Shown: piece after piece, positions 37,032 to 46,572 of the stretch
How positions within the stretch are numbered: the stretch's first letter is position 1
Layout: each line of letters starts with the position of its first letter
Assembly: GCA_017396225.1 (NCBI GenBank)
Contig: JAFQMP010000073.1
Coordinates: 1,897 to 65,896, forward strand
Source: Clostridia bacterium
Lineage (GTDB): Bacteria; Bacillota; Clostridia; Oscillospirales; CAG-272
Direction: 5' to 3'
Length of the DNA stretch: 64,000 nt
Program-made: the position numbers and the translations under genes
The notes under the pieces: model-generated
The model's input: only the letters and a program-made list of their open reading frames with translations
Told to the model about the DNA's origin: nothing
Databases searched by the model: none

Positions 37032-37142
37032 TGGCTTTTGTCTATTTTCGCGATTTTCACCAAAAAAAAGGCCCCTAAATCGTACAGTTTGCCGTGGCTT
37101 TTTGAGATTGAAAAAGTCTTTCCTGCAAAGCCTGCCAAAAGC

Positions 37143-37168
37143 AAAAAAAGAACCGCCGAAAGCGGTTC
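37143..37168 (-). terminator. rho-independent terminator of the CNNM/rnhA operon
   Basis: GAACCGC-TTTCG-GCGGTTC hairpin followed by a T-run on the minus strand, directly after the rnhA stop. Confidence 0.8.
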
Positions 37169-37171
37169 TTT

Positions 37172-37672
37172 TCAAAGAGTTATCTGACCGTCGTCATTGT
37201 CCCACGGCGGTGTATCCTCCGCCACAGGGTCAAGCATGGGAAAGCTGTCTGCAAACGCAGTAGCAAGCTTGTCACAGCGTTCATTATAGGGGTGTCCCGC
37301 GTGCCCGCGCACCCACTTAAAGGTAACCTTATGCTTTTTGAGAAGCCCCAGTAGCTGCTCCCAGAGGTCGACGTTCAGCGCAGGGCTTTTATCTGCCTTA
37401 CGCCAGCCACGTGCGCGCCAGTTCTCAGCCCAACCGTTGTTCACGGCCTCCACCACGTAGCGGGAGTCCGAGGTCAGGGTAACCTCACAGGGCTCACGGA
37501 GTGCGGCAAGCGCGGCAATCACACCCGACAGCTCCATACGGTTATTGGTGGTGTGCGGCTCTCCGCCCGACAGCTCCTTTTCATGCCCGCCATACACGAG
37601 AATGGCGCCCCAACCGCCGCGACCGGGATTGCCGCGACAGGCACCGTCGGTATACACCTCTACGTGCTTCAT
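37172..37672 (-). CDS. rnhA: ribonuclease HI
   Basis: 166 aa from MKHVEVYTDGACRGNPGRGGWGAIL...NNRMEL...VRGHAGHPYNERCD. The ATG overlaps the stop of the upstream regulator (ATGA). Confidence 0.9.
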   Translation of the reverse strand: MKHVEVYTDGACRGNPGRGGWGAILVYGGHEKELSGGEPHTTNNRMELSGVIAALAALREPCEVTLTSDSRYVVEAVNNGWAENWRARGWRKADKSPALNVDLWEQLLGLLKKHKVTFKWVRGHAGHPYNERCDKLATAFADSFPMLDPVAEDTPPWDNDDGQITL

Positions 37673-38046
37673 ACGTCCTCCCTCATCTTCGTGAGAAACG
37701 CCTGCAAGCAGGCAACCGTTTCCTCGCTCAAATCGTGCTCGATTTTGCAAGCATCTTCGAGCGCCACCTCGCGGGAAACACCAAGTGCCATCAGCACCTC
37801 GGAAACCAGGCAGTGCCTTTCGTACATACGGTTTGCCACGGCAAGTCCCGCCGCCGTGAGGGCAATGCCTCCCACCGGAGAAATGGCAACAAAGCCGTTC
37901 TCGGCAAGCTCGCGCAGCATGACGCTGACAGTAGGGCGAGAAAAGCCCAGTGCCTGAGAAAGGTCCACTGCACGCACCTTGTCCTTGGTTTTGGACAGCA
38001 TCAGAATCTGCTCAAGATAGTTTTCGCCCGATTCATGAATTGCCAC
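37669..38046 (-). CDS. DtxR/MntR-family metal-dependent transcriptional regulator
   Basis: 125 aa: ENYLEQILMLSKTKDKVRAVDLSQALGFSRPTVSVMLRELAENGFV plus a dimerisation helix region. Confidence 0.8.
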   Translation of the reverse strand: MAIHESGENYLEQILMLSKTKDKVRAVDLSQALGFSRPTVSVMLRELAENGFVAISPVGGIALTAAGLAVANRMYERHCLVSEVLMALGVSREVALEDACKIEHDLSEETVACLQAFLTKMREDV

Positions 38047-38066
38047 TTTTCTCGCCCCCTTTCAGG

Positions 38067-39395
38067 TTATTCTTCCTCCTCGTCCGCAGGAGCAGGCTTT
38101 TGGAACACAGTCAGCTTCGTCACACATTCCTCGTCCATCTCCGATACGATAACGAAAAGGTTTTCATAGGTAAAGCTATCACCCACGTGGGGATTCGCCT
38201 CCAGCATTTCAACTGCCCAGCCACCCATCGTGGTATATTCACAGGCAAAGTCCTTCGGCTGATGGAACCCGATTTCCTCAAAGCAGTCCTCGATGTTCAT
38301 CTCACCCGAAACGTCCCAGGTATTCTCACCCGTAGGCGCACATTCCAACACAATCACGTCGGTATCGTCCCAGATATCGCCAACCAGCTCCTCAAGGATA
38401 TCCTCCATCGTGACAAGACCCAGCGTGCCGCCAAACTCGTCAATCACAATCGCCAGGTGCACCTGCGCATCGCGGATACGGGCAAGCGCTGCGGGCAGCT
38501 TCATCGTCTTATGAAGCTTACAGGGTTTCATCAGAAGCGCGCGGATATCGGGGCTTTCCTCGTCAATTGCCGCCTTATAATAGCGGTTCAGGGAAAGCAC
38601 GCCGATGATGTTATCAATGCTATCCTCGTATACAGGGATACGGGAGAACTGTGCGGCATCGGAAAGAAGCGCACGGACGGTTTCCTCATCGTCATCAATA
38701 TCAAGCGCCGTCATATTGATACGGGGCGTCATAATTTCCTCGACGGTAATGTCGTGGAATTCCAATGCGGATTGCAGAAGCTCACCCTGCTCCTCGTCAA
38801 TCACGCCCTCCTCCTCAATTGTTTCAATCACGGAGGAAAGCTCCTCCTCGGTAAGCGTGGGGGCATCTTCGTCACGGTCCTTACCCCAAATTTTACGGAG
38901 CACAAAGAGCAAGCCCATGACAACAAGCACAATGGGGCTGACGAGCACGGTAAGAATACGAGTAGGGAGCGCGACAAAGCGCGACACCGCATCGGCGTGC
39001 TGCTTGGAAAGCACCTTGGGGACAATTTCGCCAAAAATCAGAATGACGACCGTCACCAGAACAGTTGCGATAAAGGACGCCACGCCTGCCATTTCGGGGG
39101 CGAAAATGTCCATAATAATCAGGGTTGAGCAGGTAGAAACCGCAATATTTGCAAGGTTATTGCCCACGAGAATGGTTGAGAGGGACATGGTAAAGTTTTC
39201 GGCAATGTTATATGCCATTCTGGCAGTGCGGGAGCCCTCGTCAGCGGCACGGCGCAAGCGCATACGATTGGCAGAGTTAAAGGCAATCTCCGATGCCGAG
39301 AAATATGCCGACAGGCAGACCATCACAACGATGACAAGATACGCCCACCACATACCGCGGAAATGCTCGGCAAATCTGAAATTTTCAGCAAACAT
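38067..39395 (-). CDS. CNNM/CorC-family protein (DUF21-CBS pair-CorC_HlyC), copy 2
   Basis: 442 aa with an N-terminal 4-TM DUF21, a CBS pair and a C-terminal CorC domain. The start overlaps the stop of copy 1 (TAATG). Confidence 0.85.
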   Translation of the reverse strand: MFAENFRFAEHFRGMWWAYLVIVVMVCLSAYFSASEIAFNSANRMRLRRAADEGSRTARMAYNIAENFTMSLSTILVGNNLANIAVSTCSTLIIMDIFAPEMAGVASFIATVLVTVVILIFGEIVPKVLSKQHADAVSRFVALPTRILTVLVSPIVLVVMGLLFVLRKIWGKDRDEDAPTLTEEELSSVIETIEEEGVIDEEQGELLQSALEFHDITVEEIMTPRINMTALDIDDDEETVRALLSDAAQFSRIPVYEDSIDNIIGVLSLNRYYKAAIDEESPDIRALLMKPCKLHKTMKLPAALARIRDAQVHLAIVIDEFGGTLGLVTMEDILEELVGDIWDDTDVIVLECAPTGENTWDVSGEMNIEDCFEEIGFHQPKDFACEYTTMGGWAVEMLEANPHVGDSFTYENLFVIVSEMDEECVTKLTVFQKPAPADEEEE

Positions 39396-40723
39396 TACTC
39401 AGTCACCTCCTCTGCAGCTGCTGCCGCACGGGCGGCCAGCTCCTCCTCATCAAGGAAGTGCACAAATGTACGGACGGGGCGGGAATTTTCGACCGTTTCC
39501 ACGGTAAATTCAAGCTCGTCAATAAGAAAAGTCTCCTCAACCTCAGGCAATCTGCCGAGGGCTTCCAGAATCCAGGAAAGCAGGGGCTTGCCTGCAATCT
39601 GTGCAGGCGCCTCAGAAAGGCCGGCACGCGCATACAGATTGCCAACTGTCATATGCGTGCTGACAAGATAGCGGTTGCCGCCAAGCGTCTGGAAATCCGC
39701 GTCAACAACGTCCTCCTCGTCGAAGATTTCGCCGACCAGCTCCTCCAGAATATCTTCAATGGTAACCAGGCCTACAACCTGTTTTTTCTCATCACGTACA
39801 AGGGCCATATGATGCTTGTGCTGACGCATATCGGTCAGCAGGTCGTCAATTTTGGCGTCCTCGGTCACAAAGTAGGGGGCAGAAATCAGGCTGCGCACCT
39901 TGACCTTTGAATTTTTACGGTATTCCGTCAGGAATGTGCGTATACGAAGCGTGCCGATAATGCGGCTCGGCGTGCCCGCGTATACGGGAATGCGTGAGTG
40001 ATTGGTCTCACGGATAACGGCAAGAACCTCCTCGGTGGTGGCAGCTGCATTCAGTGCCTCCATATCACGGGCCATTGTCATAATATCGGATACAACCGTA
40101 TCACCAAATTCAAGCGCGGATTTGAGCATATCACCCTGCTCCTCGTCCACAACGCCCTCCTCCTCGACCGTATCGAGAATCTCAAGCAGCTCATCTTCCG
40201 TAATAGAGGGCTCTGCCTCCTTCGGGGCAAACATCTTGGAGGCTGCAGTAGAAATCAGCCCGAAGAAGCCCGCAATGGGGGAAAGCAAGCGCATCAGGAA
40301 GCGCAGCGAGGATTGGAAAAAGAGCGAAACACTTTCACTGCGGTCATTGGCGAAGGACTTCGGAATCATTTCGCTGAATAAAAAGACCACCGCGGTCGAT
40401 ACCGCCGAAACAAAGATGGAAAAGCCAAACGAGTTAATAAATGCGCTGTCCTTACCCATCTCAGTCGCAATGTTGGTTGCAATCAGTGTTGCCACCGATG
40501 CCGCTGCAATTTTGGTGATGTTGTTGCCGACCAGCAGTGTTGTCAACGCCTTATCAAAGCGATTCAACACACGCAGTACGCCGCGCGCACGGCGATTGCC
40601 GTCATCAGCAAGGGTTTTAATCTTGATTTTGTTGACCGCCGAAAACGAGCTTTCGGTTGCCGCAAAATAAGCGCCACCCACAATACAAAGTGCAAACACA
40701 ATCCATAAAGGTATACTGTCCAT
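39395..40723 (-). CDS. CNNM/CorC-family protein (DUF21-CBS pair-CorC_HlyC), copy 1
   Basis: 442 aa with the same architecture as its tandem paralogue. Confidence 0.85.
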   Translation of the reverse strand: MDSIPLWIVFALCIVGGAYFAATESSFSAVNKIKIKTLADDGNRRARGVLRVLNRFDKALTTLLVGNNITKIAAASVATLIATNIATEMGKDSAFINSFGFSIFVSAVSTAVVFLFSEMIPKSFANDRSESVSLFFQSSLRFLMRLLSPIAGFFGLISTAASKMFAPKEAEPSITEDELLEILDTVEEEGVVDEEQGDMLKSALEFGDTVVSDIMTMARDMEALNAAATTEEVLAVIRETNHSRIPVYAGTPSRIIGTLRIRTFLTEYRKNSKVKVRSLISAPYFVTEDAKIDDLLTDMRQHKHHMALVRDEKKQVVGLVTIEDILEELVGEIFDEEDVVDADFQTLGGNRYLVSTHMTVGNLYARAGLSEAPAQIAGKPLLSWILEALGRLPEVEETFLIDELEFTVETVENSRPVRTFVHFLDEEELAARAAAAAEEVTE

Positions 40724-40774
40724 GAGAGAAAAACCAACTCCTTTTGATTTGAAATTTTGGCGTGTTTAACATTT

Positions 40775-40803
40775 ATTATAACATTTATATAATAAAATGT
40801 CAA
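40775..40803 (-). promoter_or_regulatory. sigma-A promoter of the CNNM operon
   Basis: Minus strand reads TTGACA (40798-40803), 17-nt spacer, TATAAT (40775-40780). Short leader with no riboswitch-sized 5' UTR. Confidence 0.65.
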
Positions 40804-40921
40804 GATGCATTCGGAAAAGCTGCAGAATAGCAGGAAATTCCAATCCGTATGGTGGATATTTTGGCAAGCACTTACAAACAATACTAATGCGACAACCGAA
40901 AACAGTCATAAGGAGAATACT

Positions 40922-41491
40922 ATGAAACCAACCGGAACGGTCAGACGCTCCTCCGGCATCACCAGAAGACTTGATGAGCTGGGGCGCGTTACGGTACCGA
41001 AATCTATCAGACGAAGCCTGCGCATTCGCGATGGCGATGCACTCGAAATATTTACCGGGCATGACGGTGAGATTATTTTCAAAAAATACTCCCCGATCGG
41101 CGAGCTCACCAGCTTTGCCGAGGAATATGCCGAAACACTCTATAAAACCTGCGGTCTTTCTGTCCTCATCTGCGACCGCGACGGCGTGATTGCGGCGGCA
41201 GGCGTTTCCCCGCGCAAGGAATATCTTGACCGCTCTCTTACCGAGGAGCTTGAGACGCTAATGGAAAAGCGCAGCCTCTATATCCTGCGTGACGGTAGCG
41301 AAAAAGTGATTGCCGTGCAGGGCACAACCGCACACGTCAGCTGTGCAATGCCGATTCTTGCCGAAGGCGATATTGTGGGTGCCGTGGTATCGCTGACAGG
41401 TGAAAAGGCCGACAGGCCGCTTTCGGGTGATACCGAAAGCAAGCTGATTCAGACCGCAGCGGCATTCCTTGGAAAAAATCTCGAATCTTAA
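40922..41491 (+). CDS. spoVT: stage V sporulation protein T (AbrB-family regulator)
   Basis: 189 aa from MKPTGTVRR... (RBS AAGGAGAA). AbrB/SpoVT swapped-hairpin motif LGRVTVPKSIRRSLRIRDGDALEIF plus a GAF-like C-terminus. Confidence 0.85.
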   Translation: MKPTGTVRRSSGITRRLDELGRVTVPKSIRRSLRIRDGDALEIFTGHDGEIIFKKYSPIGELTSFAEEYAETLYKTCGLSVLICDRDGVIAAAGVSPRKEYLDRSLTEELETLMEKRSLYILRDGSEKVIAVQGTTAHVSCAMPILAEGDIVGAVVSLTGEKADRPLSGDTESKLIQTAAAFLGKNLES

Positions 41492-42903
41492 AGAAAAGCC
41501 GATTGGTCGTACTGCGACTCAATCGGCTTTTTTGTGTTTTTGCGGGACTTCAGCCACGCTGCAAATCTCAACGGCAATCGCGATTTCGAAGGCAGATTTC
41601 CCATTTCCGTCAACGCGCTTTCTATCGCGACAAAAAAATATACGGCAAGAAAAGCATAGGGAACCGGGCAAAATTCTCCGGGATTTACCAGGGACATGAG
41701 AAACAGTCCAAGATAACAGAGTGCAAAACCGAAGCTGCGGTCACGCCACGCAAGCAGCGACACGCGCATACGCATACAGGATTGCCAGCACCAGGCGAGA
41801 ATACCCACCGCACCGAGGCCGCCGACAATCTGCGCCACCGAGGAATGATACCAGTTAATCGTCCCCTCCTTACCGCTGTACAAATCGGCATTGCCACGAT
41901 AGCCCAGGCCCGAGCCAAAAACAGGATTTTGACGAAAATCCGCAAAGCCGCGCTCAAGCAGCGACCAGCGCGCCTCAGTAGGATCGAGAAAGCCCAACGC
42001 ATACAAATTTCTCGACACAAAAAAGATAAGATACCCCATCGTCATCAGAGAAAGCAAAAAGAAGGTTCGACTCCAAAGGCGTCTGAGATAATCCTTCTCG
42101 GTGCGCCAGCCCCAAAAACAACAGAGCAAAAATTCGATAGGCGTAAAAAGCTGTGCACCGCGCGAGCCCGAAAGCACCGCCGCCACCAGCATAATAAACG
42201 CCAAGCCGTAATGGTAGAGTCTGCGATTTTTCACTGCCAATGCGGCGGGCAACGCCATCATCAGCATCGTGCCGATGTTATTCCCCCACTGCGCACCTTG
42301 AAACATAGAAATACCGTTTTTCAGCAAAAGCGGCAAATTGTAAAAGAAAACAATCGCTGATGCGGTCAGCCCCCAGCGGAGCAAATCCTCCGCAAGCATA
42401 TCGCGTGCGCTCGCGTCGCGCACGGTATTTTTGAGTAACAAGTAGCAAATCACCAGCACGGGCCCAAGTCCCGCCATAAAGCCAAGTGCGGCGGGACGGA
42501 AATAATCCGTCGCAGAAATCATACCGATGCCACCAAGCACTGTGGCGAGCGCCACCGCAATCAGAGGGAACAGCGTAGGACCCGTGAACAGACGCGGCTT
42601 CAAGCGTATCACATGCCAGATGAGGGCGGCAATCGGTATCGGCATCAGCCAAACATAGCGGATAAATACCGAAAAGGAATCATAACAAAAAATAAAGAGC
42701 AGGCAGAGGAGTAAAAAGGGCAACGTAAGATATTTTGTGTCACGCAGCAAAACAAGCCCTGCCGAAATCAGGAGCAACATAGCAATAGCAAAGGGGGCAA
42801 TCCCTGCGGTTTTGCCCCCCGTGAGCACCGCAATCAAAAATACGGCAACACAAAGAAAATCGCGCGCGATTTCTATACCGTATTTTCTGATTACAGTTTT
42901 CAT
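41488..42903 (-). CDS. O-antigen ligase/polymerase-like (Wzy_C family) membrane protein
   Basis: 471 aa with at least 10 predicted TM segments and a large loop region. Last gene of the polysaccharide cluster. Confidence 0.6.
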   Translation of the reverse strand: MKTVIRKYGIEIARDFLCVAVFLIAVLTGGKTAGIAPFAIAMLLLISAGLVLLRDTKYLTLPFLLLCLLFIFCYDSFSVFIRYVWLMPIPIAALIWHVIRLKPRLFTGPTLFPLIAVALATVLGGIGMISATDYFRPAALGFMAGLGPVLVICYLLLKNTVRDASARDMLAEDLLRWGLTASAIVFFYNLPLLLKNGISMFQGAQWGNNIGTMLMMALPAALAVKNRRLYHYGLAFIMLVAAVLSGSRGAQLFTPIEFLLCCFWGWRTEKDYLRRLWSRTFFLLSLMTMGYLIFFVSRNLYALGFLDPTEARWSLLERGFADFRQNPVFGSGLGYRGNADLYSGKEGTINWYHSSVAQIVGGLGAVGILAWCWQSCMRMRVSLLAWRDRSFGFALCYLGLFLMSLVNPGEFCPVPYAFLAVYFFVAIESALTEMGNLPSKSRLPLRFAAWLKSRKNTKKPIESQYDQSAFL

Positions 42904-42911
42904 ATTAACGA

Positions 42912-44450
42912 TTATCCTTCCTCAGCGGGCAGCTCAGCCTGCGCCTCGACGGGTCTGGGGCCCTCAATGCGTGCATATCTGCTGTAACGCTGATACTTGC
43001 TGTAATGCGAATAATAGCCGTAGTTGCCACCGCGTACACTGACATCGTTAAGAACAAAGCCTGCGAGATTTGCATGCATGCTCTGCATCACGTCAATAAC
43101 CTCATAAACCGTGTCAATCTTGGAGTAGCCTGCACGTGCAACGAGAACATAGGCGGTAACATGCTGCGTCAGTACGCCTGCATCTGCGGTTTCCAGAATG
43201 GGCGGCAGGTCGATAAAGATATAGTCATACTGCTCGCGGCAGAGGTCAAGGAGCGATTTCATGCGCTCAGATGCCAACAGCTCGGAGGGGTTCGGCGGGA
43301 TATGACCGCAGGTCATCAAATCAAGTCCATCATATACGGTATTGCATACTGCATTGTTCAGGGGATTTTCCACGATTCCCGCAAGCACCTCGGAAAGACC
43401 GTTTGCAGAATCAACGCCGAAAATCTTATGCTGTGCGGGGCAGCGCATATCGCCGTCAATCAGCAGCACGCGCTTACCAAGCTGTGCAAAGCTGATGGCT
43501 GCATTGGCAATCACAACGCTCTTGCCGGCACCCGCATAGCCGGAGGTGACACCGAACACAGGTGCGCCGTCCTCGTGCGGTACATAGGTCAGATTGGTAC
43601 GCAGTGCCTTGAAGGACTCCACAACCGAGAAAGGCGTCTTATCGCTCAGCAAGCGCTCCTCGTAGTCGCGCTGAATCGAGCCCGTACGTTTTTCGGGAGA
43701 ATCAATGTTGGCATCACGCACACGTTTTTTGCTCAATTCCCCTCTCTTCAGCCACTGCGGAATCTGACCCACAATGGGAAGCGAGGTAATTGCCTTCAAT
43801 CCCTCCTCGTTATAAATGGTCTTATCAAGGAAAGCAACAAGGAAGAAGGAAACGTATGCAACCACCACGGCAATCGCACCGCCGACAACCGCATTCAGCA
43901 CCGCGTTGGGCGAATCGGGCGAGGTGGCGAGATGACCGAAGTCAACAAGCTTGATGCTGATGTAGAGCTTGGTGCTTTCATTGAGCAGAAGAACAGGTGC
44001 CTTCTCCTCGATAATCTGCAACACATCAAAAGCCGCCTGACGGTCGGCAGAGGAAACCGTAACATGGAAGAAGGGCAGCTCCTCCTCGGTGGATACCGAT
44101 ACCATTCCGGAGAGGGTGCCCAGCTTCATCTCCTCGCCGTGACGGAGGTTGTACTCACGGAGCACTTCGCCAAGGAAGACGTTACCGGTAATTTCGGTTG
44201 CATAGCTTTCCGCAAGCAGCGCAGCACCGCTTTGGTAGGTATTACCACCCATGCTGGGGGATTCATAGATATTGTCCACGCGGAACTCTGCACGGGAGGA
44301 ATAGATAGGGTCAACCATGACCTTGGTGTAAGCAAAAACCGCGCCTGCACCGACGACGAGAGCCAGAATCAGCCACAGAAGGCGGCGCTTCACAACCGCC
44401 CACAAAAAGCCAATCGTAATCTCATTATTTTTGACCTGTTCGCTCTTCAT
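42912..44450 (-). CDS. fused chain-length-determinant (Wzz) / BY-tyrosine kinase
   Basis: 512 aa. N-terminal Wzz-like domain with 2 TM. C-terminal kinase has Walker A GYAGAGKS, A' LLIDGDMR and B YIFIDLPP. Tyr-rich tail NYGYYSHYSKYQRYSRY. Confidence 0.85.
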   Translation of the reverse strand: MKSEQVKNNEITIGFLWAVVKRRLLWLILALVVGAGAVFAYTKVMVDPIYSSRAEFRVDNIYESPSMGGNTYQSGAALLAESYATEITGNVFLGEVLREYNLRHGEEMKLGTLSGMVSVSTEEELPFFHVTVSSADRQAAFDVLQIIEEKAPVLLLNESTKLYISIKLVDFGHLATSPDSPNAVLNAVVGGAIAVVVAYVSFFLVAFLDKTIYNEEGLKAITSLPIVGQIPQWLKRGELSKKRVRDANIDSPEKRTGSIQRDYEERLLSDKTPFSVVESFKALRTNLTYVPHEDGAPVFGVTSGYAGAGKSVVIANAAISFAQLGKRVLLIDGDMRCPAQHKIFGVDSANGLSEVLAGIVENPLNNAVCNTVYDGLDLMTCGHIPPNPSELLASERMKSLLDLCREQYDYIFIDLPPILETADAGVLTQHVTAYVLVARAGYSKIDTVYEVIDVMQSMHANLAGFVLNDVSVRGGNYGYYSHYSKYQRYSRYARIEGPRPVEAQAELPAEEG

Positions 44451-46330
44451 TACTGCTTATCTCCTTCACTTTTGGAAATTTTAACGCTGTGACAATCATC
44501 AATATGATAAGTCGGGACAAGCGTTTTAATCATCGAAAGCAGCGCGGGATTATCCTCGCGAGCCGCCTCGCGCATTTCGTCAAGCGTGTCGAGCAGCACA
44601 GCCTCATCAAAATGAATCGGCTTGCCGATGTAAATCATCTTGTTGGGCGTGGTTCGCATGCCCTCCTCGTTCATCAAAAGCTCCTCAAACAGCTTTTCAC
44701 CGGGACGAAGACCGGTAAACTGAATATCAATATCCTGATAAGGGCGGTAACCCGACAGCCTGATGAGGTTTTCTGCCAAGGTCACAATTTTTACGGGCTC
44801 TCCCATATCAAGCACGAAAATTTCACCACCCGTTGCATAGGCGCCCGCCTGCAAGACAAGCGAAACTGCCTCGGGAATTGTCATAAAATAACGGATAATA
44901 TCCTTATGGGTCACGGTCACGGGACCGCCGGCAGCAATCTGCTTTTTGAAAAGCGGAATAACCGAGCCGTTGCTGCCCAGCACGTTACCAAAGCGCACCG
45001 CCACATAGTCGGTTTTCTCGGAGCGTGTGGCAAAATACTGCACAATCATCTCACAAATGCGTTTCGTTGCGCCCATGACGTTGGTGGGATTGACCGCCTT
45101 GTCGGTCGAAATCATGACAAAGCGCTCCACGCCAAACGCATCTGCCGCGCGCGCAACGTTATACGTACCGAACACATTGTTTTTCACAGCCTCGGCAGGG
45201 CTTGTTTCCATAAGAGGCACATGCTTATGTGCCGCAGCGTGAAAGACAATATCGGGGCGCACTGCCTCAAAGACCTGCGACACGCGCACCTCATCACGTA
45301 CACTGCCGATAAGCACACGGAGCGAAAGCTGCGGATATTTGCGGCGCAGTTCCATTTCAATATCGTAGGCGTTATTCTCGTAGATATCAAAAATTGTCAG
45401 GCAAGCAGGATTGTGTGCGGCAATCTGTCGGCAGAGCTCGCTGCCGATTGAGCCGCCACCGCCCGTTACCAGAATACTCTTGCCCTCGATATAGGCGAAC
45501 ACATCACGGTTATTGATGCGAATGGGGTCACGTCCCAACAGGTCATTGATGTCAATGTCGCGCATATGACCAATGGTTGCCTGCCCCTCAAGCACCTCAT
45601 AGATGCCGGGAAGGACACGCACCTTGCGACCCGTGCGGGCACAAATCTCGCAAATTTCACCGATGTCCTTGCCGCGTGCCGTGGGAATTGCCACAAAAAT
45701 CTGCTCAATTTCATATTTTTCCACCATTGCCTCAATGGCGCCGCGCGCACCGACAACCGGTACGCCGCAAACGGTGGTACCCTTCTTCTGCGGGTCATCG
45801 TCAATCACGCAAAGCGGCAGATATTTTACCTTATCGGATTGCTGCATCTCGCGAATCATCATCGCGCCCGCATCGCCGCCGCCAATCACCATGACGGCAA
45901 TCTTGCCCTGACGTCCCGAAAAGCGGTAACGCAAGGCACCAAGGAAGCGGAAGGAAAAGCGGGAAAGCGCGGTCAGATTGAAGAATATGCCGAAAATAAC
46001 AATCACCTGCGGAACCGTCATCTGCCCTGTCAGGGCACCGACAATCATCGAAGGAATCAGCGCCGAAAGGATTGCCGCAAGCAGATGCAGCATTTCGTGA
46101 AAGCCTGCATTGTGCAGGGGCAGGCGGTAAAGTCCCCAGAAAATAAAGCTGAGCGCAGCAGCAGCAACGACAAACGCGATACCCAGAGGCTTGTCAAGCA
46201 GTGTAGCAAAGGATCCACCCGTCGCAGCATGTGCAAAAAGCCACGCCAAGAACAAGGAAAACAGGTCGACCAAGGAAAGCGCCAAGCATTTTTTTAATTT
46301 TCGCATTTTTTTCGATTTCATCTCAGTCAC
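44450..46330 (-). CDS. CapD/WbpM-like membrane-anchored NDP-sugar 4,6-dehydratase/epimerase
   Basis: 626 aa with an N-terminal multi-TM region. Rossmann motifs VMVIGGGDAG and VTGGGGSIGSELCRQI. Confidence 0.85.
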   Translation of the reverse strand: MTEMKSKKMRKLKKCLALSLVDLFSLFLAWLFAHAATGGSFATLLDKPLGIAFVVAAAALSFIFWGLYRLPLHNAGFHEMLHLLAAILSALIPSMIVGALTGQMTVPQVIVIFGIFFNLTALSRFSFRFLGALRYRFSGRQGKIAVMVIGGGDAGAMMIREMQQSDKVKYLPLCVIDDDPQKKGTTVCGVPVVGARGAIEAMVEKYEIEQIFVAIPTARGKDIGEICEICARTGRKVRVLPGIYEVLEGQATIGHMRDIDINDLLGRDPIRINNRDVFAYIEGKSILVTGGGGSIGSELCRQIAAHNPACLTIFDIYENNAYDIEMELRRKYPQLSLRVLIGSVRDEVRVSQVFEAVRPDIVFHAAAHKHVPLMETSPAEAVKNNVFGTYNVARAADAFGVERFVMISTDKAVNPTNVMGATKRICEMIVQYFATRSEKTDYVAVRFGNVLGSNGSVIPLFKKQIAAGGPVTVTHKDIIRYFMTIPEAVSLVLQAGAYATGGEIFVLDMGEPVKIVTLAENLIRLSGYRPYQDIDIQFTGLRPGEKLFEELLMNEEGMRTTPNKMIYIGKPIHFDEAVLLDTLDEMREAAREDNPALLSMIKTLVPTYHIDDCHSVKISKSEGDKQ

Positions 46331-46515
46331 CTCGTCATACTGTTAGTCGTTATGATAGAATCAAAAACTTTCAAGAAGGTACTATCCTTCTTATTTTAAT
46401 ATATTTCAATGCATTTGTCAAGACAATAGGGCAAAAAAGCGTGAGACGCGTGCACGCACGCGCCATTCTTTGTCTTTCACGGCAATATCCCCCAAAACGG
46501 TACGAAAAAGAAGGC

Positions 46516-46561
46516 AAAATAAAAAGAGAGAGCGCGGCAAAAACGCCGTTTTCCTCTCTCT
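46516..46561 (-). terminator. rho-independent terminator after nrdG
   Basis: AGAGAGAG...CTCTCTCT stem with an inner CGGC/GCCG hairpin, followed by TTTTATTTT on the minus strand. Confidence 0.6.
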
Positions 46562-46572
46562 TTTTTCAAATA

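Noticed and set aside
40740-40921. Possible SigG/SigF-type forespore promoter upstream of spoVT (GGATA ... CAATACTA)
   Set aside because: The spacer is about 20 nt and the matches are weak. It cannot be supported from sequence alone.
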